This document shows, in pieces, positions 61,936 through 64,000 of a stretch of DNA of 64,000 nucleotides (position 1 is the first letter of the stretch; each line of letters starts with the position of its first letter). A program made the position numbers and the translations under genes. A model generated the notes under the pieces. That model did not search any database and was not told the DNA's origin. It saw only the letters and a list, made by a program, of their open reading frames with translations. The stretch is taken from assembly GCF_001194135.2 (NCBI RefSeq), contig NC_069000.1, positions 21,506,931-21,570,930 of the forward strand, in the 5' to 3' direction. Origin of the DNA: Octopus bimaculoides. Taxonomy: Eukaryota.

Positions 61936-64000
61936 GTAATATCTCTTTCATAAATCATTGATCTCTCTATGTATGGGGTTAATTGTTATCATGTTACTGT
62001 TGCTGTCTTACTCTATTTTTCATTCTCTAACTGTCAATATTTATCTCTCTTATACATTCACTCAGTCACATACACATTCATCACCCACATATTCTTGCTC
62101 TTCTTTCCTCTTTGTTTCTCTTGCTTCCTCCTTTTCATTCTCCTCTGTATCTCTCTTTTTCTTTCTTCCCTTCTCTTCTGTCTTTGTGACCATTGGTTAG
62201 AATGCTTGTGGTATTTTTCAGGTTTCTTTGCTCTGGTGTCAAATTACTCAGTTCTTTCTGGGTTGATAAATAAAACATCACTTCAATATAGCTAATTGGC
62301 AAAAATGTTAAACTGTTGGACAAGATGCCTTGCTTTAGCTGTTCTGGCTGTTTGCATTTCTGAGTTCAAATTCCACCTCCTATCACCAGTCTCCTTGTAG
62401 CAGGAAACAGGTCATTAGAACCTGAGTAATTGTGATAGGACGTCAATGTGGATGAAACAACAGCTCAGTTGCATTGATATGAAAACAAGCAAACCCGTCA
62501 GTTGAACAGGAAAAAAAATTGTACAGGATTTGTGATGATGGCAGCAGTGGCAGTAGTGCAGTTGCTACTGTTTCTGATTTAAGCACTAGGCCTGCTATTT
62601 TGATGGGAGGAGGGGTAGTTAATATCCTTGTTGCCAGTTCATGAGACTGGTTTATTTTATTGACTCCAGTAGGATGAAAGGCAAAATTGTTTGTAGCAGA
62701 ATTTGCACTCAAAATATAAAGAACCTGAAAAAATATTGTAAAGCATTTTTTCTGATGCCATAAGACCGGTAATTTTGATGGGAGGGAATTAGTTGCTATC
62801 ATTGACCCCCCCCAGCACTTGATTGGTACATTATTTTATCAACTTCAAAAGATGAAAGGCAAAATCGACTTCTTTGAAATTTGAACTAAGAATGTAAAGA
62901 GTTGGAACAAACACCAGAAAACATTTTTTTGCAATACTAACAGTTCTACCAGTCCACCTACTTGTAATCATCATCATCATCACCATTATCGTATGCTGGC
63001 ATGAGTTGGATGGTTTGACAGGGCTGGTAAGCTAGAGGGATGCACCAGGCCCCAGTTGTCTGTTTTGGTATGGTATCTACAGCTGGATGCCCTTCCTAAC
63101 ACTAACCACTTTACAGTGTATTGGGTGCTTTTTACATGGCACTGGCATTGGTGCTCTTTTATGTGGTGCTGGCACAGGAGCTCTGCAAGTGGTGTCAGCA
63201 CAAGTGCTTGATTTTACTTACTTTGACGTGTCTTCTCAAGCACAGCAAACTGCCAGGAGTCTCAGTCCTTTGTCATCTCCAAATATTTTAAAATTAGGTA
63301 CAAGGTCATAAAAAGGCAAGGATGACCTCTGCAGGATTTGAACTCAGAACAAAAAGAGCAGGAACAAATATACAAAGGCATTTTGTCTGATACTCTAATG
63401 ATTCTGCTAATCCACTATCCTTTTTTAATTTCTAAGTTAGGCACAAAGTCAGCAAGGAAAGTAGAGGAACTAGTTAATTCCATCAGCCCCTAGTACATGA
63501 TGGGTAATATATTTTATTGACTCTGAAAAGATGAATGACATTGTTAACCTTGGTGGAATTTGAACTCAAAATGTAAGAGCTGGAAAAAATACCTCATGAC
63601 TTTTTTGTCTGATGCTCTGACAATTTTGCTAATCCATTATCATCCTCACTTGAAAATTTAAGTACTGGGGTTGATTTGTGTGATTAAAGTTCTTCCAGGT
63701 GGTACACCAACATGGCTGCAGTCTAATGACTGAAACAAGTAAAAGATTGAATTAAAAAAAGAAGTCAGATGAAATGCCACTAAGCATTTTGCCTAGTGTG
63801 CGATTCTGCCAGTAATGTTGGTAATGATAACAGTCATTTTTTGGTACAAGATCATAAATTTGTTAGCATTGACCTGGGATCTAACTAAATACTGACTCTG
63901 CCATTCACCACCCACTTTTCTAAATATTACTTCTAATACTAATAATGGTAAATCCTCCTCCTAATATGACTGTTACTACTACTACTACTAATGATTATCC

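Noticed and set aside
62222-62295. Candidate terminal nicastrin exon (ttttcag|GTTTCTTTG...)
   Set aside because: It would be in phase but encodes GFFALVSNYSVLSGLINKTSLQYS*, lacking YSTWTESxW and the TM helix; the true exon is probably beyond the window.

Overview
Eukaryotic, AT-rich, repeat-dense genomic window with five N-gaps. The SINE/RTE/microsatellite landscape looks like a coleoid cephalopod (Octopus-like); this is an inference, not a database result. Two host genes sit head-to-head, and the ORF track largely misses both because they are spliced. (1) On the minus strand is the first coding exon of checkpoint kinase 1 (753-689, MVSSFIEGWDLVQTLGEGAYG|E); the rest of the gene lies left of the window. 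(2) On the plus strand is nicastrin, the gamma-secretase subunit: 13 coding exons from 16654 to 61935, 1927 nt, all GT-AG and phase-consistent, covering the signal peptide, DYIGS, PLPPSS and WMQG..C..AISPAF motifs. Its last exon(s), including the TM helix, were not found in the window. The remainder is transposon-derived: RTE-clade LINE fragments, a Tx1/L1-like 3' end, several tRNA-derived SINE families, a decayed maT (DD37D-type) Tc1/mariner, hAT/Tc1/piggyBac-type MITEs and a young small LTR element. I see no convincing wholly new biological system. The best leads are a possible intronic-polyadenylation nicastrin isoform with a new hydrophobic tail, an inverted SINE pair bracketing exons 9-11, a long intronic hairpin, an expandable 62-bp minisatellite inside a LINE 3' UTR, and an unexplained antisense coding-like fragment.
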